NCBI GenBank assembly: GCA_002787355.1
Contig: PCWN01000007.1
Span: 86,517 to 150,516 of the forward strand
Reading direction: 5' to 3'
Source of the DNA: Candidatus Magasanikbacteria bacterium CG11_big_fil_rev_8_21_14_0_20_39_34
GTDB lineage: Bacteria > Patescibacteriota > Patescibacteriia > Magasanikbacterales > UBA922
Length of the DNA: 64,000 bases
Under the pieces are notes generated by a model, which made no database searches, had not been told where the DNA came from, and saw nothing but the letters and a program-made list of their open reading frames with translations. Every line of letters begins with the position of its first letter. The stretch's first letter is position 1. A program made the translations under genes and the position numbers. This document shows positions 35,885-44,956 of the stretch, piece after piece.

Positions 35885-37359
35885 TTTTTTCGAAAATAAC
35901 AGTAGATACTCAAGAGAATGGGGGGAATCCACACCAAAATTTGGTGAGAAAAAATTTGTCCATTCTCTATATATTTATACGTGTAATGTTCAATATTGTC
36001 AAAGTAAATCAAAAGATATTGAAATATAATAGTGAAAGAGAGGGCAAGTGCAAAGATGCGATTACGGACAAAAGGGATAAAGGCAAGTATCCACAGTACA
36101 TACCATGAGGCAACAATGGATGAAAAGAGGAGCAGAAAGGTAAATGATAGGGAACTCATAAAAATAAGATAAGAGGCATCTATTTTTTTGGATCTGAAAA
36201 AAATGCCATAGAGAGAAATAATACTCAGAAGGGTCAAGAGTGCGGAAAGTTTTTTTGCTAACACAAATGGATCGGATACATGCAAAAATTGTAAAAATGA
36301 AAAAAGAATTTGAAAAATACCAGGACTGAGAATCCATTCCTTACTAAAGTTTCGTAGAGATTCATACAGGAGCGGTGTTTGTATATGGAAAAAAAATGGA
36401 AAGTACATGAGTAGAAGAGAAAAAAATGTGGTTCCAAAAAACACAAAAAAATTCTTTAAAGGATATTTCATTTTGTACAAATAAATGAAAAAAAATGGGG
36501 CGAGTATTATGGGAAAAAACTTTGTGAGAATAAGAGCCGAAAAAAATATTCCAGCAAAGAAATAACGTTTTTTTAAGAAAAAATAAAGGGTAGAAAGAAG
36601 ACAAAAAATGATGATGGATTCTGTATGTGTGGTACTCAGGGTCTCAAAGAGAAAAAGGGGATTTATGATTAAAAAAGCAATAAAGAGTATATTGAGTTTA
36701 AGATGTTGTAGGAGCTTTATTCCAAAGTAAATGCTCAATGAATTAAATATCCAAAAAATGGATTTGAGTACAAAAGCACTATCTTCCTTTACTAGGTTAG
36801 ATATGGCAAAAATGTATTGGAGAAATGGAGGATAAATGGTGTGTGTCCATTTAAAATACATTATATCCCAATACCAGACCTGACTCAGATTGTGAAGCTC
36901 TGGAGTATCATGTATGGCCCAGGGGAAGTAGGCGAAGGGGTTTATTCCATGAATAAAAATTTTTCCATCCCAAAGATAGCGAAAAAAATCATTAAAATAT
37001 GCTGGCATATGAAAAAATATTCCTTGTGCCACTAAACTTAATGTAAGAGTCAGAAAAAAATAAAAGTTAAGTTGAGATTGAAATATTTTTCGACCGGTGT
37101 GAAAGTGGAGAAAATGTTTGAGTTTGGTTTCACTCTCAGAAGTATAAAATTTTTTTTGTGAAAGAGAAGAAAAGACAAAAAAGATATATAAAAGGGTTGT
37201 GTAGCAGGCAAACATGATGGATAAGTATTGCACAAGAGAAATGGTATGGTCAAGAGGATTGTGAAGTTCAGATATCTTCCAAGTTGCAAACAAAAAAATA
37301 GCTCCTACAATAATACTAAAGGATCGTAAAATTTTTTCTCGGTTAGTCAGAACTTTCAT
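35857..37359 (-). CDS. Multi-TM GT-C fold glycosyltransferase (GT87-like)
   Basis: D.FRYLWDG...GINP, TIYPP, NPL, HTE, K..P, WY..W. Confidence 0.75.
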   Translation of the reverse strand: MKVLTNREKILRSFSIIVGAIFLFATWKISELHNPLDHTISLVQYLSIMFACYTTLLYIFFVFSSLSQKKFYTSESETKLKHFLHFHTGRKIFQSQLNFYFFLTLTLSLVAQGIFFHMPAYFNDFFRYLWDGKIFIHGINPFAYFPWAIHDTPELHNLSQVWYWDIMYFKWTHTIYPPFLQYIFAISNLVKEDSAFVLKSIFWIFNSLSIYFGIKLLQHLKLNILFIAFLIINPLFLFETLSTTHTESIIIFCLLSTLYFFLKKRYFFAGIFFSALILTKFFPIILAPFFFIYLYKMKYPLKNFFVFFGTTFFSLLLMYFPFFFHIQTPLLYESLRNFSKEWILSPGIFQILFSFLQFLHVSDPFVLAKKLSALLTLLSIISLYGIFFRSKKIDASYLIFMSSLSFTFLLLFSSIVASWYVLWILAFIPFVRNRIFALALSFTIIFQYLLIYFDNIEHYTYKYIENGQIFSHQILVWIPPILLSIYCYFRKKCITLCKTH

Positions 37360-37813
37360 AGATATAATTCTCTACATCTTGCAAAAGTCTTTTTGCTCCT
37401 TCATGGGTGAGTTTTTCTTTTGCATCAGAAAAAGAAAGCCATTCAAAATCGGAAAGTTCTTTTTCCAGAAGTGTAACTTTCTGGCTTTGAACAAAACCAA
37501 TATAGTAAATTACCGTTTTATCACGTTTTTGATTTTCTATAAAGTACGTGTAGGTATCAGTAAATGTTGGATGTGGTAGTACCATAACATCGAGATCTAC
37601 TTCCTCCTTCATCTCGCGTTTGGCACAAGCTATAGCCGTTTGATCAATACTCTCCAAAGGATTTTTTGGGTCAGATGCTTGTATATCTATTTCTTCTACA
37701 TGTCCTTTGGGGAATCCCCAGTATTGCTCTTTGGCTTGTTGTATGACAAGAACTTCATAGGTTTGATCCGCTTTTTTGAAGAGTGGGATTATTCCATAAG
37801 ATTGTTCTTTCAT
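37343..37813 (-). CDS. Nudix hydrolase, Ap4A hydrolase-like
   Basis: SYGII, WGFPKGH.E, A.REMKEE, K.V.YY. Confidence 0.85.
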   Translation of the reverse strand: MKEQSYGIIPLFKKADQTYEVLVIQQAKEQYWGFPKGHVEEIDIQASDPKNPLESIDQTAIACAKREMKEEVDLDVMVLPHPTFTDTYTYFIENQKRDKTVIYYIGFVQSQKVTLLEKELSDFEWLSFSDAKEKLTHEGAKRLLQDVENYIYESSD

Positions 37814-37823
37814 AGGCTTTTAT

Positions 37824-40178
37824 TTATTTTTTCCAAATTTTTTTGTATCTACCAAAACTGAGAACTCCGGTAGGACATACATTGACACAGGCACTACAGT
37901 TTACACACTCAACATCGTCCAGAGGATTTCCTTGTTGAGCGTAGGCCATAACATCAATTCCCATATGACAATTCTTTGTACACAGGCCACAGCTAATACA
38001 TTTTTTCTTATCAGAAAGTATATGCCATGAAGAAAATTTGTTGTAGATATGCATCAATGCTGCAAGAGGACATGCAAATCTACACCAAACACGTCCACCA
38101 AAAAAGAAGTACAAACCAACTCCAATAATTCCTGCAATGAAGGTGTCTACGATGATTTTGTACCCTGAAAGAAGCATTGCGTTGATTCCTTCAAGTGAAT
38201 GAGAGAGGGAAGGATTCCAACCAAGAATGTGGAGAATGGAAATAACAAATATGGAAAAGAGGATGATTTGTCCAAGATTTTCCCATTTTTTTGCACGTGG
38301 ACCATGGGAAGCGAGGGTACGGTATTCGTCTCCAAGAGTTTCTGCCATAGCTCCACAAGAGCATATCCAGCCACAATAGGCACCTTTTCCCCAACGTATG
38401 ACAATAAAGGGGATAATGACAAAGGTTTGTATGAGGCTTACGATAAGCCAGAACATACTTGGGTTGTCTGTAAAAACATTCCAAATAAAAAGTGGCCAGG
38501 CCAAAACAAAACCAACAAACCGCCACCATTCACCACCCAAAAATACTACATCCCTCCACCAACTATTGATAAGGCCATGGGCATCCATCCAGGGAAGGAG
38601 AAAGTTTGGAATCAAAAAGAGCGGGATGGCTTGGATAAAAAAGAGGAGGAGGGTTTGTTGTGTCACGTAGCGCTTTTTTGCAACGGCAATTCGCCTTGCC
38701 CCAAAAAGTGCTATGGTTACCGTATAGGAAAAACTATACCAGAAATAGGGGTCTTTTCCTCCGAGATAAAAATGAAAGTACTTACTGCCAAAAAAAGCAA
38801 AGAAGAAAAGAATCAGAACAAGAAAAAAGTACGTATTTTTTATGTAGGACCATTTGGTGGCGAAATATCTTTTCCAGTTTGCGATGAGATCATAGGCACA
38901 CACCAATCCCGAAACAAAAAGAACCAGTACAGATATCCATGCAATGCATTTGAAGATAATAGCTTCAAGAGACCCGGAAAAAAGTTCTGAAATAAAACTT
39001 CCACTGTCGGAAGAAAAAATTGCCTCGGAACTCTTTCCAAAGTAGACAATTCCCATAAAGGAAAGAGAAAATGCCATCCACCATTTTGTCATTTTGGTTT
39101 TTGCATTTTCAATTCGAATTCCCACTTTTTGAAAAAACTCGTAAGGAAGTTGTGTTCCTATCATTACAAATATAATATCAAAGGGAAGTGTTTCCTTTTT
39201 CCCGTTATTATCCATATCTACTTGAGATTCGGTAATTTTCAGTACATTTGAGTTCAGTAACACTGTAATCTTTTTTTCTTCTGCAAGTTTTTGAATCAAA
39301 AGAATATTGTCGGGTTTTGGCCGGGTAAGCGCTGCGCCCCGATAGGAGAGCGTAACTTGGTTTCCGGATTTTTCCAAAAGTTGGACGGATTCCATAGCAT
39401 TATCTCCACCCCCGATAACCAAAATTCTTTTATTTTTAAATTCACCAGGATCAAAGAGTTTATTATACACATGGGGAAGATTTTCTCCTTCTATATTGAG
39501 TCTTCTATGGTTTCCACTCTTTCCAATGGAGAGAATAATTTTTTGGGATGTGTATTCTGCTCCGGATTGTGTTTTTACAGTATGTCCATTTGGACCCAAC
39601 ACGGCAATATCTTCTACTTTTTCATTAAAGGCAATATTGAGATCATGTTTTTGTGCAATCGTTTTCAGATGAGAGAGAAGATCTTCTTTGGTGGAACCCT
39701 GCATGGTAAGTTCACTGGTTTCTTCCATGTCCTTTGGCTCATAAAACATGGGTTTTCCCTTTGGAAAGTCCTCAATGGTATTAAAGAGTCTATCCGTTGC
39801 TTCAAGTATGATATATTTGTATCCACGTTTTTTCGCTTCAATTCCTGCAGAAATTCCAGCCGGACCGGCACCTACGATAACTAAATCATAGGTATTTTCA
39901 TCTTTTTTTGAGTTTTTTGATGTTTGCATCTTGTGGTCTGCATCCATCTCATTGAAAATCTGCTTATTCTTTTTCCACATCTCAAAAATAGGGGAACGAA
40001 TAAGATCTGCCGCCTTTTGGGTAGCAAATTTAAGAAGGGGGATACCTGTGAGATCACCTACTATATAAATGCCCTTTACGGAGGTTTCACCATCTTCGGT
40101 GAGTTCTGGGTAGTTTACGACAAAACCCGTTGGGTTATCCTTTTGGATCCATTGAAAATAACGTTGGATAATGTTCAT
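37824..40178 (-). CDS. FAD/NAD(P) oxidoreductase fused to NapH/CcoG-like membrane 4Fe-4S domain
   Basis: GAGPAG and GGGDNA Rossmann motifs; multi-TM region with CGWICSCG and CRFACP; two C-terminal CxxCxxCxxxC motifs. Confidence 0.85.
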   Translation of the reverse strand: MNIIQRYFQWIQKDNPTGFVVNYPELTEDGETSVKGIYIVGDLTGIPLLKFATQKAADLIRSPIFEMWKKNKQIFNEMDADHKMQTSKNSKKDENTYDLVIVGAGPAGISAGIEAKKRGYKYIILEATDRLFNTIEDFPKGKPMFYEPKDMEETSELTMQGSTKEDLLSHLKTIAQKHDLNIAFNEKVEDIAVLGPNGHTVKTQSGAEYTSQKIILSIGKSGNHRRLNIEGENLPHVYNKLFDPGEFKNKRILVIGGGDNAMESVQLLEKSGNQVTLSYRGAALTRPKPDNILLIQKLAEEKKITVLLNSNVLKITESQVDMDNNGKKETLPFDIIFVMIGTQLPYEFFQKVGIRIENAKTKMTKWWMAFSLSFMGIVYFGKSSEAIFSSDSGSFISELFSGSLEAIIFKCIAWISVLVLFVSGLVCAYDLIANWKRYFATKWSYIKNTYFFLVLILFFFAFFGSKYFHFYLGGKDPYFWYSFSYTVTIALFGARRIAVAKKRYVTQQTLLLFFIQAIPLFLIPNFLLPWMDAHGLINSWWRDVVFLGGEWWRFVGFVLAWPLFIWNVFTDNPSMFWLIVSLIQTFVIIPFIVIRWGKGAYCGWICSCGAMAETLGDEYRTLASHGPRAKKWENLGQIILFSIFVISILHILGWNPSLSHSLEGINAMLLSGYKIIVDTFIAGIIGVGLYFFFGGRVWCRFACPLAALMHIYNKFSSWHILSDKKKCISCGLCTKNCHMGIDVMAYAQQGNPLDDVECVNCSACVNVCPTGVLSFGRYKKIWKK

Positions 40179-40285
40179 ATTTGGCTCAATTAAGATAATT
40201 TTATTATAGTTGAAAAGGACAGGAAGTGCAAGTGGGGATCAATGGAATGGTCTCTTTTTTTGAATATATCCACTTTTTTCGTTCC

Positions 40286-40314
40286 TTGATTTTTTCTCTT
40301 TCCCATGGTATATT
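40286..40314 (+). promoter_or_regulatory. rfbB promoter
   Basis: TTGATT-17-TATATT with extended TG. Confidence 0.55.
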
Positions 40315-40356
40315 AACCTCAACTTAATGAAGCTCATTTAACGTTTTTTTTTGCAT

Positions 40357-41463
40357 ATGAAAATACTTGTTTGTGGAGGTGCTGGGTTTATCGGATCAAA
40401 TTTTGTCCATCATATTTTGGAAAAATATCCGCATTATGAAGTGGTAAACTATGATAAGCTTACCTATGCGGGGAATTTAGATAACCTCTCGGATATTGAG
40501 AATAATTTAGAATATCGCTCTCGATATACCTTTGTAAAGGGAGATATTTGTGATGCTGCTCGCTTGGAGGAAGTGATGCAAATGCATCGAATTACCCATA
40601 TCATCAACTTTGCTGCAGAGACACATGTGGACCGTTCTATACATGGAGATTGTTCTGATTTTGTAATGACCAATACATATGGGGTTCTCATGCTTTTGAA
40701 TATTGTTCGTAAATATCAAATAGAAAAATTTGTAAATGTGTCCACAGATGAAGTTTACGGATCTCTTGATTTGGATGATGGAAAAAGGTTTACGGAAAGT
40801 ACTCCGATTGAGCCAAACATGCCCTATGCTGCGGCAAAAGCCGGTGGAGATCTTATGTGCAGGAGTTATAGTGTTTGTCATAATATTCCGGTTGTTGTAA
40901 CCCATTGTTCAAATAACTATGGTCCATATCAATTTCCAGAAAAACTTATTCCTATTTCAGTCTTTCGTTTATTAAAAAATAAGCCCATTACCATTCATGG
41001 AACTGGAAAAAATATCCGTGATTGGATTTATGTTCGGGATCATTGCGAGGCACTTGATCTAATGCTTCATAAAGGAGTTCCAGGTGAAGTCTATAACGTG
41101 GGAGTAGACAATGAACGTTCAAATTTGGATATTGCAAAACTTGTTTTGCAGGCGATGAATAAGCCAGATGATATGATTGAATTTGTTGCAGATCGTCCAG
41201 GAAATGATCTTCGTTATGCCATTGATTCGAGTAAAATGGAGAGTTTGGGATGGAAACCAAAATATGGCAGAGATAAATTTGAAATGGGACTCGCAGAAAC
41301 CATAAACTGGTATTTGACCAACAAGGATTGGGTTGAATCACTTTGGAAAAAACATGAACAGGCCTATGATATAAACCACACCCCAACTCGAAAGAGTAGC
41401 GGGAAGTCAGACGTTGTTCGTGAACCAAAAACCACCCCAAGACTGGCACAAGAAAATCAATAA
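40357..41463 (+). CDS. rfbB: dTDP-glucose 4,6-dehydratase
   Basis: GGAGFIGSNF, DKLTYAGN, AAETHVDRSI, STDEVYG, Y...K, NNYGPYQFPEKLIP. Confidence 0.95.
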   Translation: MKILVCGGAGFIGSNFVHHILEKYPHYEVVNYDKLTYAGNLDNLSDIENNLEYRSRYTFVKGDICDAARLEEVMQMHRITHIINFAAETHVDRSIHGDCSDFVMTNTYGVLMLLNIVRKYQIEKFVNVSTDEVYGSLDLDDGKRFTESTPIEPNMPYAAAKAGGDLMCRSYSVCHNIPVVVTHCSNNYGPYQFPEKLIPISVFRLLKNKPITIHGTGKNIRDWIYVRDHCEALDLMLHKGVPGEVYNVGVDNERSNLDIAKLVLQAMNKPDDMIEFVADRPGNDLRYAIDSSKMESLGWKPKYGRDKFEMGLAETINWYLTNKDWVESLWKKHEQAYDINHTPTRKSSGKSDVVREPKTTPRLAQENQ

Positions 41464-41483
41464 TTCTATTTACAAAAAAATAT

Positions 41484-41894
41484 ATGCTAAAGTTTGAGCA
41501 AACACAGTTAAAAGTAGTAGATGACCCAAAAGGGCTATATACTTTTTGTGAAGTAAAGAATTATATAGATTGGGAAATTAAAAGGGTATACTTTATTCAA
41601 AACTGTAAAGGAACCGGTCAGCACTGTCATTTTGTAGAAAATGAATTTTTTACTTTGGTAAAAGGAACCTGTACTGCTATTATTGATCGTGGAAATGGTA
41701 AGGAAGATATTCCTATGAAGGGGCCGGGAGACGGTATCCACGTAGGAAATCATGTTTGGCATGGATTTAAAGACATGAGTGAAGATTGTATTTTGCTTGC
41801 TTTTTCTTCTACAAACTATAGTCCTGATAGGTCAGACTATTGTGAGGACTATGATGAGTACCAAAAGATTTTAAAAGAAAAAATGGGGGCATAG
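41484..41894 (+). CDS. FdtA/QdtA-like cupin sugar 3,4-ketoisomerase
   Basis: D..G, IKRVYFI, G.H.H, WH.F, DY..DY. Confidence 0.8.
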   Translation: MLKFEQTQLKVVDDPKGLYTFCEVKNYIDWEIKRVYFIQNCKGTGQHCHFVENEFFTLVKGTCTAIIDRGNGKEDIPMKGPGDGIHVGNHVWHGFKDMSEDCILLAFSSTNYSPDRSDYCEDYDEYQKILKEKMGA

Positions 41895-41906
41895 GAGAAG
41901 ATATAT

Positions 41907-42221
41907 ATGATATTTGATGTTACTTTCAATCAAGCGCGAGAACTTGAGGGAATACACAAAGATGTGTTTTTTGTAGATGTTCGTGAAAAAGATGAATGGC
42001 AAACGGGCCATATAAAAGATGCACAACATATTCCTTTTTCACTTTTTGATCATCTTTTTAAAGAGCGACTTCCAGACAAAAAAGCAGCCTACATAGTGTA
42101 CTGTGCAAGTGGCGGGAGAAGCAGAAGAGTCTGTGATTTTTTGGAGTATGAGGGATATGAAAATATCTATAATCTTTTAGGAGGAATTTCCGGGGTCCCG
42201 GAAAGTGAAGTTGAGGTATAA
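41907..42221 (+). CDS. Rhodanese-like domain protein
   Basis: VDVRE..EW..GHI..A.HIP, YCASGGRS. Confidence 0.9.
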   Translation: MIFDVTFNQARELEGIHKDVFFVDVREKDEWQTGHIKDAQHIPFSLFDHLFKERLPDKKAAYIVYCASGGRSRRVCDFLEYEGYENIYNLLGGISGVPESEVEV

Positions 42222-42222
42222 T

Positions 42223-43491
42223 ATGAGTCAAAAAATAATTGAAATTATGGCCCCTGCGGGGTCATTTGAGTCTTTACAGGCGGCACTCTTTGCAGGAGCA
42301 AATTCTGTCTACTTTGGTATAGAACAGCTCAATATGCGTGCCCATGCTGCCAACAATTTTCAAATTTCTGACCTGCCAGAAATTGTTCGTCTTTGTGAAG
42401 AAAAAAATTGTAAAACCTATCTCACACTGAATACCATACTGTATAACCATGATATTGTCCTCATGAAAAAAATTATTGATGAGGTAAAAAAAGTTGGTGT
42501 GACTGCGATTATTGCAAGTGATATTGCTGCTATCTCCTATGCAAATGAAGTAGGGGTAGAAGTACATATTTCTACACAGGCCAATGTTTCCAATATTGAA
42601 GCAGTAAAATTTTTTGCAAAATTTGCAGATGTGATTGTGCTTGCTCGTGAGCTTCCTCTTACACACATAAAAAGCATTTGTGAGACTATTGAAAAAGAAC
42701 ACATTTGTGGTCCGAAAGGGAATCTTGTAGAAATTGAAATTTTTGCGCATGGTGCACTGTGTGTTGCTATCTCTGGGAAGTGTTATATGAGTTTGGCTAC
42801 ACAAAATTCTTCAGCAAATCGTGGAGCATGTTTACAAAATTGTAGAAGGTCCTATCGGGTGATAGATGAAGAAACAGGAGAGGAACTGGTTTTGGATAAC
42901 AAATATGTTATGTCTCCAAAGGATTTATGTACCATTGGCTTTATTGATAAAATTTTGGATGCCGGTGTAACGGTACTCAAGCTGGAAGGACGTGGGAGAC
43001 CTGCAGATTATGTACATACGGTAACCAAGACATATCGCGATGCTGCAAATGCCTATCTTGAAGGAACCTACACTCCGGAAAAAATTGAGTCTTGGACGCA
43101 TGATTTGGAAACGGTATTTAACAGAGGATTTTGGCATGGTGGATACTACATGGGCAAACAGCTTGGTGAATGGAGCGGGTTGTATGGATCCAAGGCCAGT
43201 GAGGAAAAAATATATCTTGGAAAAGGACTTCATTATTATGAAAAACCACAGATTGGTGAGTTTACTTTGGAAAGTGGGGAACTTTCTTTGGAGGATGAAG
43301 TATATATTATTGGTCCGACAACGGGAGTCCTCAGACAAAAAGTAACAGCATTGCGCGTAGACGAAGGGGATGTAACGGTCGCAAAAAAAGGGCAAATTTT
43401 TACCATGCCGGTAGAAAAAAAAGTACGATCAAGTGATAAACTGTTTGTGATCAAAAAAAGGAATACAGAATATGCCAAAGGTAACGCATGA
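42223..43491 (+). CDS. U32 peptidase-family Fe-S protein (TrhP/RlhA-like RNA hydroxylation)
   Basis: EIMAPAG, HISTQAN, HGALCVAISGKC, NRGACLQNCR, KLEGR. Confidence 0.88.
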   Translation: MSQKIIEIMAPAGSFESLQAALFAGANSVYFGIEQLNMRAHAANNFQISDLPEIVRLCEEKNCKTYLTLNTILYNHDIVLMKKIIDEVKKVGVTAIIASDIAAISYANEVGVEVHISTQANVSNIEAVKFFAKFADVIVLARELPLTHIKSICETIEKEHICGPKGNLVEIEIFAHGALCVAISGKCYMSLATQNSSANRGACLQNCRRSYRVIDEETGEELVLDNKYVMSPKDLCTIGFIDKILDAGVTVLKLEGRGRPADYVHTVTKTYRDAANAYLEGTYTPEKIESWTHDLETVFNRGFWHGGYYMGKQLGEWSGLYGSKASEEKIYLGKGLHYYEKPQIGEFTLESGELSLEDEVYIIGPTTGVLRQKVTALRVDEGDVTVAKKGQIFTMPVEKKVRSSDKLFVIKKRNTEYAKGNA

Positions 43492-43723
43492 TAAGGGAGA
43501 GTGTATTGGTTGTGGCTCTTGTACACTGTATGCAGAGCATTATTTTGAGATAGATAAAGAAGATGATGCCAAAGCGCATTTAATACGTTCTACACAAAAA
43601 GGAAACATGGAAATTTTGGATATAGAAGACTTTGAAATGGAGGTAAATATTGATGCGGCAAGAGGATGTCCCATGAGCTGTATCAAGGTATTGGGAGATG
43701 ATGGAAGAATTTTGGGGGAATAA
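43472..43723 (+). CDS. Ferredoxin
   Basis: CIGCGSC ... CP.SCI. Confidence 0.88.
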   Translation: MPKVTHDKGECIGCGSCTLYAEHYFEIDKEDDAKAHLIRSTQKGNMEILDIEDFEMEVNIDAARGCPMSCIKVLGDDGRILGE

Positions 43724-43729
43724 ACGATC

Positions 43730-43758
43730 TTGACAAAAGATGAGGAAAATGGTAAAGT
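43730..43758 (+). promoter_or_regulatory. Sigma70 promoter of GC-rich unit 2
   Basis: TTGACA-17-TAAAGT with extended TG. Confidence 0.7.
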
Positions 43759-43872
43759 TTGGTGCTTGCCATTTTTGTTTTTGGGTTCAGAGAAAAGCAA
43801 CAAAGGTTGTTTTTCCCTGGACCCAGTGGTGGTCCGTGTATCCGTGCCGTTGGCACACAGGAAAATGGGGGC

Positions 43873-44586
43873 ATGATGCGAATCAAGCCTTGGAGTGAGC
43901 GCTCGGCGCTCACTCGCCTCCTCGTGATCGAGGGGGAGGTGAATTCGGTTGAGGAACTCGCGACGCGACTGGCCGCGGAGGGACTGCTGGAGTGGGCCAG
44001 CAACAACTCCCTCCGGGCTGTCGTTTCCGAGATCGTCGGTGAGGGCGGCTACAAGGAAGCCGCCCGATGCCGGCAGATCCAGGGAGGCGTCAACCTCGGT
44101 GAGGAGAGCATCGAGATGTTCCGCGCGTGCGCGGAGCGTCTCATCCGGATCGGGGGGGATGAGAACCTCCCCACGATCACCCGAGCGCTCGCTCTGCACA
44201 ACGCCGCTTCCTGCCTCGCGGCGTGGAACGGCGTGGATCTCGATCGCCAGGAGTCACTCAACGAGCGGTCGGTCGAGTTGCTGGAGCAGGTCCCCGAGGC
44301 GAACCGAGGCGACGACTGGTGGGAGGCCTACAGGAAGCCTGTCGTCGGCCTCTTCGAGGCCGGCGTGAAGGCTTGGGATCCCTTCATGTACTTCCAGATT
44401 ATCCGGCGGATGATCGAGAACGGTTCCAAGGACTCAGCGGGTCGTCTCGAGTACTTCATCCGGCGAATGGCCTCCGATCTGGGGGCCATGGCTGGGGTGG
44501 TCCTCGACGAGGAGCTCGGAGCTCACAACCAGCGAGATCGTTTGCTGGCCCTCATGGGGCACCTGCAGGCACTCGTCGCCGCCTGA
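43873..44586 (+). CDS. High-GC orphan helical protein (about 237 aa)
   Basis: Strong GC-ending codon bias in this frame; tandem ATGs at 43873/43876 after GGGGG; promoter upstream and terminator downstream. Confidence 0.75.
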   Translation: MMRIKPWSERSALTRLLVIEGEVNSVEELATRLAAEGLLEWASNNSLRAVVSEIVGEGGYKEAARCRQIQGGVNLGEESIEMFRACAERLIRIGGDENLPTITRALALHNAASCLAAWNGVDLDRQESLNERSVELLEQVPEANRGDDWWEAYRKPVVGLFEAGVKAWDPFMYFQIIRRMIENGSKDSAGRLEYFIRRMASDLGAMAGVVLDEELGAHNQRDRLLALMGHLQALVAA

Positions 44587-44639
44587 TTCACCCCCCACCT
44601 ACGACCTTACCTTCGGCGGCCAGCACCCACATTGGCCGC

Positions 44640-44689
44640 AAAAAACACCTGAGTTTGTATGTATGCCATATAGCTTCAGGTGTTTTTTT
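44640..44689 (+). terminator. Terminator of GC-rich unit 2
   Basis: AAAAAACACCTGA/TCAGGTGTTTTTT. Confidence 0.7.
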
Positions 44690-44706
44690 ATTTTTGGATA
44701 AATTCA

Positions 44707-44830
44707 TTGTCATTGCGAGCTGAGTATACAGCGTGGCAATCCACCCACCTGAATATACGCCAATTATGGAATTTCCTCTTCCTAACAAGGAGATTGCCGC
44801 GTCGTCGTGGCGGACTCCTTGTAATGACAA
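44707..44830. repeat. REP/RPE-like palindromic element (GTCATTGCGAG...GCAATC...GATTGC...AATGAC family)
   Basis: Outer arms TTGTCATTGCGAG / CTTGTAATGACAA and inner arms CGTGGCAATC / GATTGCCGCG. Confidence 0.7.
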
Positions 44831-44956
44831 AGTGAAGGATATTCAAAAGTATTATACAACTGGATTACCTGTATATATAGATAATTTTTTGTTTGCAAAA
44901 AAAAGGAAAAGAAGATAGAATAAGGGAAAAAGCTAAGATATATATTTTGTGGGTTT

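Noticed and set aside
38199-39884. Long antisense ORFs (263 aa and 197 aa) opposite the oxidoreductase
   Set aside because: They are antisense shadows of a well-supported gene and show no recognisable motifs.
43540-44723. Overlapping ORFs 43540-44199 (-), 43949-44368 (+), 44223-44723 (+)
   Set aside because: These are shadow frames expected in GC-rich DNA; codon bias, promoter and terminator fit only 43873-44586.
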